Shown one piece after another: positions 37,536 through 49,535 of a DNA stretch of 64,000 nt (the first letter of the stretch is position 1; each line of letters opens with the position of its first letter). Source of the stretch: the human T2T-CHM13v2.0 reference genome, Homo sapiens. The stretch lies in assembly GCF_009914755.1 (NCBI RefSeq), contig NC_060947.1. One strand, written 5' to 3'. The position numbers and the translations under genes were made by a program. The notes under the pieces are model-generated. The model searched no databases. It saw only the letters and a program-made list of their open reading frames with translations, and had not been told where the DNA came from.

Positions 37536-38197
37536 CATGCAGGGAAGTATAGGTAAGCATAATAGTAAGTATCCCCTGGCAGTTGCCTGCAATTTTCCCA
37601 CTTCATTTGCTGTTTCTGGAATATTTCTTTAAAACTGTTTTTTTTTTTTTTTTTTTTTTAGCTTTAAGCGATAAGCACTTCTGATATTAAAGAGAAAATG
37701 AGAGATTTGGATTCCTAGTAACTGTGTGTTATGTAACTCTAGGTGAGTCATTGTTCTGTAATAAAAGAGGATAGTCTCGAAGCTTATTACAGGCTGTCGA
37801 GGGTGGCAGTAGATGAAAATGATAACACAATTCATTTTCCCTTTTCCATTTGTGAGAAAAGGAACATATTATGATACTATATGGCACATAAATTTGAAAT
37901 AATTCAATTCTTGAGCATGGGTTTGGTAAAGACCTCAGAGTGTACATTTACTAATTATATTATGGCATGTAGTTTCATAATGTTATAGATTAATGGGGTG
38001 TTTCAAATAATAGTTTTCTTACATTGTTTCTGAATGCTACAGGTTCTTTTAAATACAAATAATTAGAATGATTCTGGAATTTGTTTTTATGTTACAGGTT
38101 TGGACTCTATAGGTTAATATTTATACTGCTGTTATATTTTCTTAGACACCAAAATGACCAAAATTTGGAGAATTAGACATGAGAAGTGATACTCAGT

Positions 38198-38745
38198 ATG
38201 ATGGTTAATTTTGTGTCAACTCAACTGCTTCATATATGTTCAGAGTTGAATAAACACTATTTCTGGGTGTATCTGGGAGGGTGTTTCTGGACAAGATTAG
38301 CATTTGAATTGGTGGAGTGAGTAAAGCAGATGGCCCTCCCCAATGTGGATGAGAATCATCCAGTTCACTGAGGGTCCAAATAGAACAAAAAAACGGAGGA
38401 ATGTTGAATTAACTCTGCTGGTTGCATGAGCTGGACCATCAGTCATCTCCATCCCTGAGTATTCCACGTTCTCAGGCCTTCAGACTCATACTGGAATCTA
38501 AACCATTGGCACTCTGGCTCTCAGGCTTTTGAGCTATACCACTGTCTTTTTTGGATCTGCAGCTTGCAAATGGCAGATCAGGGGACCTCTCAGCCCCCAT
38601 GATTGCATGTGAGCAAATATCTTATAATAAGTATCTTCCTAGATAGGTAGATAATTGCAATATGTTCATACTTATATAGATCTATCTATCTATATCTATC
38701 ACATATATATCCTATTGGTTCTGTTTCTCTGGAGAACTCTGCTAG
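38198..38745 (+). mobile_element. MLT2-type ERVL solo LTR
   Basis: tgatggttaattttgtgtcaac...gattagcatttgaattgg...cctattggttctgtttctctggagaac. Confidence 0.85.
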
Positions 38746-38851
38746 GATAGCAAAATTCAAAGGGTCAGGTTTTCATGACCTTTTAAACTAGATTGTCAGA
38801 TTAGATCATATATTACATATACTAGTGCTTTTTAAAAAATATAGTTTCTGA

Positions 38852-39177
<326 letters not shown>

Positions 39178-39949
39178 TTATATATTATAAATAATTATAA
39201 CTAGACAGAAATTTGACTTCATGATGAGAATATACTACATAAATATATATTTAATTCAAATTTTACGCTAGTTGGTTTATAGTTATTCCCTAAACTTGAT
39301 TCTTCTCTGTCTAAATAAAAGCTAATGGCTAACCTAGTGCATTGTCTGTATTATATAATATATATAGCTTCTAAAATTCAAACAGCAAGTGGTTAATATT
39401 TAATAATTTATTATAATAAAGGATTGATTTAGCATAAGTTTCTATCTGATCACCTTTTGATATTTTTTATTAATATTTAGTCACTAAAATCTATTGCTTA
39501 ACTTTATCTTGATTCTCCCTCCAGAACTAAATAAACATTGTGAATACCTTCTTTGAGCCAGATGGCTTCCAGACCATATGACTCTCCTTTCTTATGATTT
39601 CCAAGAAGTTTGATTTGAAAAATTCTTGCAAATGGTTTTACTTCCTTTTAAATTCTTCTCATTCTGCAAGTTGATCTTTTGTAATTTAAGGACTTTTAAA
39701 TTTTTCTATTTTTTGCTTATTTAATGGGTGCAATATCTTCTCCTATTTCCTAAGAATATTATGACAGCTTATTGAACTTTTACTTTATTTGCATAGTGTA
39801 TGCTTTTTTCAGGTCGTATTTTCTCTTTGTTGGCTTCGATCGCTCACTCTTTTATATTCAATTATTTCCAGAATTGGGTAAACTTTTATTGTCTTTCTGT
39901 TTTCAAGATGGGAGACTAAAAGCCAATTGGGAGGAGCTCTGTTTCTAAA

Positions 39950-41335
39950 AACATTGACTAGCTTGTGTGAAAACAACATCCTGAAGAAAAGAACTGGCAA
40001 AACTGGATAAAACATGAGAAACATCTTTTTAAAGGCATGAGAGTCACCAAAACAGTGAGGACATGTAGAGCCAATATTTCAGAGAAAAAAAAAATAAGCC
40101 CAGAGAGGAAAGATAAACAGATTTTGTGACAATTTGAATGACAACAAAATAGATCCTAGAACATACTATGGAGGGATAGCCCAGGTAAACACTCTTGGCC
40201 TTCATTTCTGACCCCAAAAGGCTCCCAAAGAGTGAGGGCAAACCAGGATTATACCAGCTCTCACAAAGTCAGAAGTTTAACTTTGAATCAGCTGAGTCTT
40301 TGATTGGATCACAGTGGTCTTTTAGACCAGCTGACTGCCAGAAGCAAGAATAAATTCTCTGTGGAGGAATAGAACATCCAGAGCATCAAATTATCTCTAA
40401 AAATGTCATATACATCATCTAGCATTCAGTGAAAGATAATCATGCACATAGCAACATGAATTGATCAAAAACTAATATAAAAATAAACACACAGTAAAAC
40501 TGGAAAATGTAGTTACCAGGCATGGGCTTTAAAATAGCTGTGATTAGTATTTTCAATAATTTAAGTGACAAGATGAATATCAGCAAGGAACTGGAAAATA
40601 TAAAGTATTATCAAATGGAAATTTAAGAAGTGAAATATGAAATATCTGAAATTAAGAACTCAATAGATGGATTTAATAGCACATTAGGCATAGCTTAAAA
40701 GACAATAATAAAATGGAAGGTAGATCAGAAGAAAATATCTAGACTTAAAATGGAGAACAGAAGGATGGACAATACAGACAAGGGCATAAGAGACACATGA
40801 AACACAATGATAAAGTCTAACCCACATATGATTGAAGTTACAAAAGGAGAGAGAGCATAGAGCTGAAGTAATGTTTGAAGAGGCAGTTTTTGAAAACTGA
40901 TAAAAGACTTCATGTTATAGATTCAAGAAATGATGCAAGTCCAAAGCAGGAAGAAAATAAAAAAAAAACTATACTGAGGCATTTAGTACTAAAACTGCTG
41001 AAAACCAAAGTCCATGAAAGTATAATTTTTCATATGATTTAAAATATAATTAGAATTAAACTATGTAACAGTAACACAAAATTGGAAAAGAAGTAAATGG
41101 AATAAATGATTTCCATGGTGTTTTTATTTGCTGGGAAGTGTTACCACTTTTGATTTGACTTTTGTAAGTCAAGGATATATTTTGTAATTTTAAGGGTAAA
41201 CCCTGACGAGTAGAAGAAAACACACTGCTAAAAAGCAATAGAAGAAAGAAAACAATAAAAATGCTCAATTCAAGAGAAGGACAGAAGGAGAGAAAAAACA
41301 AAAGAGATAAAACACAGGAAACAAATAATAAGAAG
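39950..41335 (+). mobile_element. Ancient L1M 5'/ORF1 region
   Basis: atatctgaaattaagaactcaatagatggatttaatagcac; aaaactgctgaaaaccaaag. Confidence 0.6.
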
Positions 41336-42870
41336 GATTAGACACTTAGGCTCATGTTACCATCTTTTCTGGAAGTAGAGCCAGCTTTTGATGACAAATC
41401 TCCAATGTAATTCAAAAATCGTGTTGTCTCCCAGAATATTCATATAGTTACATAATTATTAGAGTACAATTATTTGATGTTTATTGTACTTTTGTCCTGA
41501 ATGCCCATCACATGCAGTTTTAAAGGGAAGTATTGAAAAACAATCTTTACCTTTCAATTTTATTTTTTGTGAGAACTGATTTAGTATAAAAGGATTATTT
41601 AGGACCCAATTGTTACCTGAATCTATAGGTATGCTTTTTGAGGCTTCCCTCTAGACCAAGCATTAATAAATTGATTCCTCATATAGTCTGGATCAGGCTT
41701 TTCCTATATCTTATATTCTGACATTTCCTTACTATTATTCTGTAACCTCCAATAGAGATTACAGAAACAGCATCTTTACTGAACTTATACATTTATTGGT
41801 AACTCTGCAAGAGATGTGTTTAAAACAGCTCTTTCTTATTTGAAAAAAAATCGCCTATCATTGCAATTATTCTAGGGAAAGTAAATACACTCAAAAGTGA
41901 CTTTCTAAGTTATACAGCTGTTTTATTATAACTATACTATAAGAACTGGTTTGTACAGTATGGAATACTTTGTTCTACAATTGTTTTTTCTAACATATCT
42001 ACAAAACAATGAAAATTGATATTTGTAATAATGACTCCGAGGTCATCGTAAAGAGGTCATCGTGAAGAGAAAATTCAAAATATGTTATTTTTGGCTTTAG
42101 TACTCAGTTTATTTTGTTGCAGCATAATTCTTTTAAAATTGACAACCCAGGAATTGACTATTACGCCAAAGCACTTAATTCTCAGACCACATTCTACACT
42201 AGGGATTGTACTACACTATCATTTGCAGTTATTCTTGAGGTGCTGGTAATAAAGATTTTTTTTAATCCTTGGGAATCTCCCACTTATTGAACTATCATAA
42301 AAATCACTTCAGTACCTAAGGATAGGACTGATGTTCAATCACTGTAGATTGGTAGCACTGTGTTGATTGTTAAAATGGTGAAATATTACCCTACTGTTTA
42401 ATAAATGACCTTAATCCAGAGACCAGCTATTGTTCTCTCCACAAATGCCCTGGTCCCACCACTCTTGACATCTTTCAGGACCCTACTCCAGGGCTCATGC
42501 TGTTGCAACTAGTAAATGTTTTGAGTAATATCCCACATAAGGATACTAACATTGCTCAAGATGGATTATAAACCACCCTTAATCACTCAGGTAAGCATAT
42601 ATAGCAACAAGAGGTACCTAGAGACTTCTTGCAGGGTTCTACATTCTCTCTTAGGAGTATAGATGCACATTTCAAATGTGGCTTTTGGTTATGCAGTTTA
42701 TCTGTGACTCTAGAAGCTGTAATTTTGGTTTAGTCAGACATCTAAACTTGTGTTCCTCCATAAGGACAAGGATTCTGGCACAAATAGTTTATTAGGGAGG
42801 TGATCCCAGAAGATTCCAATGGAGAAGTGGGGAGGTAAGACAGGGAAGGAAAGGCAGTCAGTAAAGTGTG

Positions 42871-43100
42871 TTTTTTTTAAATTTATTTTTTAATTTTCAC
42901 TTTAAGTTCTGGGATACATGTGCAAAACGTGCAGATTTGTTACATAGATATACATGTGCCATGGTGGTTTGCTGCATCTATCAACCTGTCATCTAGGTTT
43001 TAAGCCCCACATGCATTAGGTATTTGTCCTAATGCTCTCCCTCCCCTTGCCCCCCACCCCCCAACAGTCCCTGGTATGTGATGCTCCCCTCCCTATGTTC
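42871..43100 (-). mobile_element. Short L1PA8-like 3' end, antisense
   Basis: catctaggttttaagccccacatgcattaggtatttgtcctaatgctctccc. TSD taaagtgtgtttt / taaagggtgtttt. Confidence 0.88.
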
Positions 43101-43260
43101 AGGTATCTTGCTTGATAAAAACACACTTAATTCCCAGCAAACTAACACAGGAATAAAGGGTGTTTTATCAAGCAAGCTACCACTGTGAGAAACTAGTACT
43201 TCATCTCATTGGAGAAGTCTGGAAGCCAGTATAGAATGCACATCTTAAAGTTATTTCACC

Positions 43261-43703
43261 TGCTATGGTTTGGATATGGTTTGTACTCATCCAAACTCAC
43301 AATTTTATTGCCAATGTAGTGGTGTTGGGTGGTGGGGCCTAGTGGAAGGTGTTTGGGTTATGAGGGCGGATACCTCATGAATGGCTTGGTGCTATTCTCA
43401 CGGTAGTGACTGAGTTCCTGCTCTAGCAAGACTGGATTGGTTTTCATGGGAATGGATTAGTTCTCATGAGAGTAAATTGTTATAAATCCAGGAAGTCCCT
43501 GAGGGTTTCCCCTTTTGCATGTATTCACTTCCCCTTTGACCTTCTCTGCCATATCATGACACAACATGAAAACCCTTGCCAGAAACCAGGGCCATGACCT
43601 TGAACTTCTGAAGTTGCAGGACTGTGAGCTAAAAAACCTCTTTTCCTTATAAATTATCCAGTCTCATGTATTCTTTTATAGCAACATAAAACAGGCTAAG
43701 ACA
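43261..43703 (+). mobile_element. MSTB-like MaLR solo LTR
   Basis: tgctatggtttggatatgg...ctaagaca. TSD tcacc / ccacc. Confidence 0.85.
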
Positions 43704-44699
43704 CCACCTGAGGGGTTAGAGATCTAAGGAATAAATACTCATAGTTCTGTTTGTCTTGAATTGAGGTTTTCAGGGGCATTAATTCTATAGTACTTGCTGT
43801 GAAGTAGGCAGAACTGGCCCATGTTACTAGAGAAATCTCTAGTATTGGTAATAGGAAATCACTGGGACAAGATTACACTATATCCAACTTGCTAATCTAA
43901 GCTTTAGCAAAGAGATGCTCACAGCACACTCCTGTTGGTGCCATCACTACCACCTCACCCTACTCCCAAGGTGAAGAAGAAGTGTGTTGAGGATTAATCA
44001 GCTTCAAGAGGCACATTTTCTCATCTTGACACATTATCGAGGGAGGGAAGCCTTAGTAGAAGGGAAATAAGTTAGCTTGCATTGGAGTAATATATCCCTC
44101 ATATTTTTGAATAATCTTCCAGGTATTTTTAGCAAAAGTGGATTGGGTCTGCATTTCCCCCCTTTAAGAGAAATCTCAACCAATCGTTTTCTCTTTGCAG
44201 CTTCACTTCAGCTCTTCAAAAGCATTTTCTTTCTTAAAACAGTAGTGGTCATGGGAAACTATGGCTGCTGCCATTTGGGGGAAAGACCCAGCTATCTCTT
44301 TTTCTCTTTGAATCACTTTACTCCTTCCATTCTCTTTGATGTGGAAGGGTAGGTGGGTGAGAAGCATGCATCTCTCTGCTAGAGAGCTTAGAAGAAACTC
44401 CATCCTGGAAAAGCTTGAAGTAAACTGTCTATGTAAGTTCTCTTTTGATATTGGGGCACTCTCTGCTTCTGGATTTCACACTGTTGGCTTTGCTACTTCT
44501 TTATATTGGTCATCTGATTATGCAAGTTTGTGATTTGGGTATGGTTTTTGTGGAAAATAAAAAAATAAACCATTTGACCTGCTTCGATTCTGCTCTGTGG
44601 TCCAGTGGTATGTGTTTTATTATTTATTCAATCCTTACAACAACTCTCTGAGGTTGGTACTATTCTTACACTCATTTCATAGATGTGTGCTTCACTGGG

Positions 44700-45350
44700 T
44701 CCATCAAATTTCTCTAATAAAGATGAAAACCTTTCCCTTTGCAATTACTAAGTAATCCAAGGGTGATATGTTGATACCACCTGAGCATCCTGTTTCCAAT
44801 AACCCTTTAATTAGTGGCTTTAACATTCTTATATCAAATAATTATTGCATTATAGTTGCAAAAAGGTGTTTTTTTGTTTCTCTCAGTCCTTCTATATTTA
44901 TTAACTGGCATCCTTCTGCAGAAAAGAGCATACCTGTTTCCCCCTCTCTTGCCCTTTTCCCTGAGCATCACTTGGACCCATAGAGTTTTATTTATTCAGG
45001 CTTATAATAATTTATGGCCTTTTTGATGCTCAAATTGTCTCAAACTTGTCCAAGAGGAATTCCTTCAAGCTGGCCTCTATGTCCTTCTAAAACTCTTTGA
45101 GTGATTTTTAACTTTCTGGTTCAGTGAAATATTTCAGGCTCACTCCCATAATCTCTCTGCCTCATGTTTGTAATTAGCCAGTTATCAAAAGAACCTTGTT
45201 TTCTCTAAGAGAGAAATGGTATGTAGACACTAAATCTGAGCATTAGGTATGTTCACTGCCACTGAATGTCACTGCCTTCAGACCCCTTCAATGGACAGAG
45301 CCAGAAAATTTTTCCAAAACTAATGAGTTTATTTTGAGATTTTTACTTTC
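44700..45350 (-). mobile_element. Ancient L1M 3' end, antisense
   Basis: ttttgatgctcaaattgtctcaaacttg...ccttcaagctggcctctatgtcctt. Confidence 0.6.
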
Positions 45351-45776
45351 ATTATACCAATGGATAACCCAAAACAAAGCTGGATTTGCAGCTGTCTGTG
45401 CCTTCTGCACTGTGCCCATTATGAGGTCTCTTCTCTATGTCTCTATTGGCCATTAGAAAATATTGCTATCTGCAATTTTACCTCTGTCTTTTCCAGACAT
45501 CTTTTCTGACATCTTTGGTTTCAGAAAAAATTTCCATGACTATTTTCCAAGCTGGCTTTTTCTGCTGCTCTCATTTGCCCCCATTTCATACGTAGGCAAG
45601 GGGTAGACACGAAAAAACACTGAGTACCGCCTCAGAACTGCGCTATGTACCTGGTTGCTAAGAGCACATCATATTTCAAAGACATAGTTTGGCTATGTGG
45701 AAGATGTGAAACCGTCAATAGTTTCCAGCCAGAATTATTTTCTGTTCAAAAGCAAGTGATATGGTTTGGCTGTGTC

Positions 45777-47931
45777 TCCACCCAAATCTCATCTTGAATT
45801 GTAGTTTCCATAATCCCCACGTGTCATGGGAGGGACCCAGTGGGAGGTAATTGAATCATGGGAGCAATTACCTCCATGCTGTTCTCATGATAGTGAGTGA
45901 GATCTCACGAGATCTGATGATTTTATAAGGGGCTTTCTCCCCCACGTTGCTCTATACTTCTCTCTCCTGCTGCCTTGTGAGGAAGGATGTGTTTGCTTCC
46001 CCTTTTGCCATGGTTGTAAGTTTCCTGAGGTGTCCTCAGCCAGCTGAACTGTGATTCAATTAAACTTCTTGTCTTTATAAATTACCCAGTCTCAAGTATG
46101 TCTTCATCAGCAGTGTGAGAATGGACTAATACAGTAAATTGGTACTGAGAAGTGGGGTGCTGCTGTAAAGGTACCTGAAAATGTGAAGCAACTTTGGAAC
46201 TGGGTAACAGGCAGAGGTTGGAACTGTTTGGAGGGCTCAGAAGAAGATCAGAAAATATGGGAAAGTTTGGAACTTCCTAGAGACTTGGAGGCCTCAGAAG
46301 AAAGGAAGATGTGGGGAAGTTTGGAACTTCCTAGAGACTTAAATGGCTTTGATAAAAAAGCTGACAGTGATATGGACAACGAAGTCTAGGCTGAGGTGGT
46401 CTCAGATGGAGATAAAGAACTTGTTGAGAACTGGAATAAAGGTGACTCTTGCTATGTTTTAGCAAAGAGGCTGGCAGTATTCTGCCCCTGCCCTAGAGAT
46501 ATGTGGAACTTTGAACTTGAGAGAAATGATTTAGAGTATCTGGCAGAAGAAATTTCTAAGAAGCAAAGCATTCAAGGTGTGTCTTGAGTGTTTTAAGAGT
46601 ATTCAGTTTTATGTATTCACAAAGATATAGTTTGGAATTGGAACTTATATTTAGAAGGAAAGCAGAACATAAAAGTTCTGAAAATTTGCAGCCTGATGAT
46701 GCAATAGAAAATTAAAAAACAAACAAACAAAAACAAACAAACAAACAAAAACATTTTCTGAGGAGAAGTTCAAGCTGGCTGCAGAAATTTGCATATGTAA
46801 CGAGAAGCCAAATGTTAATTGCCAAGACAATGGGGAAAATGTCTCCAGGGCATGTCAGAGGAAGCCCCTCCCATCACAAGACAGGAGGCCTAGGAGGAAA
46901 AAGTGGTTTCATTGGCTGGGCCCAGGGCCTTGCTTCTTTGTGCAGTCTTGGTGCCCTGTGTCTCAGCCGTGGCTAAAAGGCGCCAATGTACAGCTCAGGC
47001 CATTGCTTCAGAGGGTGTAAGCCCCAAACCTTGGTGGCTTACACATTGTGTTGGGTGTGCAGGTGTACAGAAGTCAAGAATTGAGGTTTAGGAACCTCTC
47101 CCTAGATTTCAGAGGATGTAAAAAAAAAAAAAAAAATGCCTGGATGTCCAGGCAGAAGTTTGCTGCTGGGGCAGGGCCCTCATGAAGAACTTCCGTTAGG
47201 GCAGTGTGGAAGGGAAATGTGGGGTGGGAGCCCCCACACAGAGTCCCCACTGGGGCACTGCCTAGTGGAGCTTTGAGAAAAGGGCCACTGTCCTCCAGAC
47301 TCCAGAGTGGTAGATCCACTGAAAGCTTGCACTGTGTGCCTGGAAAAGCTTGCACTGTGTGCCTGGAAAAGGCACTCAATGCCAACCCATGACAGCAGCC
47401 AGAGGGGGACTGTACCCTGTAAAACCGCAGGGGTGGAGCTTCCCAAGACCATGGGAGCTTACCTCTTACATCAGCACGACCTGGATATGAGACATGGATT
47501 CAAAGGAGATCATTTTGGAGCTTTAAAATTTGACTGCCCTGCTGTATTTTGGACTTGCATGGGGTCTGCAGCCCCTTTCATTTTGGCCAATTTCTCCCAC
47601 TTGATTGTAGTTCCCATAATCCCCATGTGTCATGGGAGGGACCAAGTGGGAGGTAATTGAATAATGGGGGTGGTTACCTCCATGCTGTTCTCATGATAGT
47701 GAGTGAGTTCTCATGAGATCTGATAGTTTTATAAGCGGCTTTCCCCCCTCTTCGCTTTGCACTTGCACTTCTCTCTCATGATACTTTGTGAAGAAGGACA
47801 TGTTTGCTTCCCCTTCTGCCATGATTGTAAGTTTCCTGAGGCCTCCCCAGCCATAACTTAAACCTCTTTCCTTTACAAATTACCCATTCTTGGGTATGTC
47901 TTTATTAGCAGCATGAGAATAGATTAATACA
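45777..47931 (+). mobile_element. THE1C-like MaLR element: 5' LTR 45777-46133, internal region, 3' LTR about 47600-47931
   Basis: Two related LTRs (ataatccccacgtgtcatgggagggac...), THE1 internal start gtaaattggtac, and a perfect TSD gcaag at 45772-45776 and 47932-47936. Confidence 0.93.
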
Positions 47932-48449
47932 GCAAGATACCACCTTATTATCCTCAAGGGTTCTGCTCATAAAAAAACATCTTTGCTAGCTTTATTTCAT
48001 CTTGCTTTTGATTTCTGTAGACATCTCATTTGAATTTTCAAATTAATATAAAAAGCGACTGTAATAAAATATTGCTAACTGTTCTCATATTTATGGTGCC
48101 GTGTTATTTAAATGCAGTTTATTATTTTTGCAGTAGCAATAATGAAATTTGGACCAGCATTAGCTCATATATAGTACTTATTTAGATTCCATTGGCCTGG
48201 TGGCTTTTCTTCCTAACTTATCCTTCCCTATGGTGGCAGGAAAAGGGGTTAGATAATTATGAGTTCTCTTTTTCTACTCTTGGGTTTTGTTGTTGCTGTT
48301 CTCTTTAGTTTGTTCAAAGGATATGGAATGTTCAGGTCCAATTCACTGTTTAAAGGCCCTTTTTCATCTTCCTTAAAGCATTTCTCACGTTAATTTCTTT
48401 TGTGAACATTTTATCTTGATTCCCATCAACTATTCCCTCTCTCCATCTT

Positions 48450-48680
48450 TAGCATGGTAGTTAAGATCTTGGTTTCTGGAGATCGTCTCTAATTTTGTAG
48501 TCTGGGTCAGGCTACTTAATCTTTCTGTGTCTTTGGTTCCTTATCTGGAAAAAAGGGATAATAATAGTACCTACCTCATAATATTGTTGTAAGGTTTAAT
48601 TGAATAATCCATGAAAATTACATAAAATGGTACCTCATATAAAGAAAGCTTTGATAAATGTGAGCATCTATTATTATTTA
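48450..48680 (+). mobile_element. MIR
   Basis: tacttaatctttctgtgtc...gggataataatagtacctacctcata. Confidence 0.75.
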
Positions 48681-49034
48681 CTATGCCTACAGCCTACATG
48701 TAATCATGAAAAAGACATTGGTTTTCTTCCAAGAGCAGATGTCTGTTCCTCAGTCCTCCACAGACAAATTCAACAGGGTCTTACCACCTCCACTCTTCAC
48801 ATAGAGGGCAAAGGTGTTTCACCTGAGTAAATGACAAGTGGGAGATACAAGTAAGAAGGAAGAAGGGAGTGGGCAAGTGGATCACTGTTTCCTTCTAGAC
48901 ACATTGACTTTGTTGTCTCTCTGTCATGTATTTCTGGAGTTAGGGTTTGAACTTAGCCTCCTATATTCTTAGTGACCCTATCTAAAAGTCCTGTGACCAG
49001 GGACCAGTAGGACATTCTCTGTCTGAGGATCCTA

Positions 49035-49535
49035 TGATTCAGTACAAAGAGGAGCTGTATTAGACGCTGTCAGTGTGCTGTTGTCTCCCTTGCTCCCTTG
49101 GCCCTGACTCACCCACATGCTCCAACTCACCTCCAGCTGCCAGTGTCTGCATCTCTGGGCCTGAGGGCTTTTTCTGAAACTGGAAATGCAGACAGGAAAT
49201 GCTAGTGAAATAATCACTGTCCCTCCACCTCAGTAGTCCTCAACCAATGACTACCAGAAATTGGGGTATAAATGCCCCAGCTCCCTTGCCCCTTGGGTGG
49301 GATGATTCTGAGGCATTTATTTTACACCATTTCCTAGAGCTTTCTCTCAGGATTAAGCTCCAGTTGTCACGGTGGTGATTGGTCTCATAATGACCCTCTC
49401 CTTGAACATGTTGCCCTCCCCTTCCCATATTCCTTTCTCACTACCCTATCAGTGGTCTCTGTGCCTCCCAAATACACAACTGGCAATAGAGTCCTCATGT
49501 CAGGGCCCGACTCTTGGACACCCAAATAAAATACA
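49035..49535. mobile_element. Old MLT1-family LTR
   Basis: caaccaatgactaccagaaattggggtataaatgccccagctcccttgcccc...ctcccaaatacacaac. Confidence 0.6.

Larger units (their letters stand above)
42745..43800. mobile_element. Old MLT1 (MLT1K-like) LTR hosting an L1 and an MST insertion
   Basis: caaatagtttattagggaggtgatcccaga...gacagggaaggaaaggcagtc, resuming after each insert. Confidence 0.6.

Noticed and set aside
46210-46340. Repeated gtttggaacttcctagagactt unit, superficially repeat-spacer-like
   Set aside because: There are only two copies, inside THE1 internal sequence; it is not an array.
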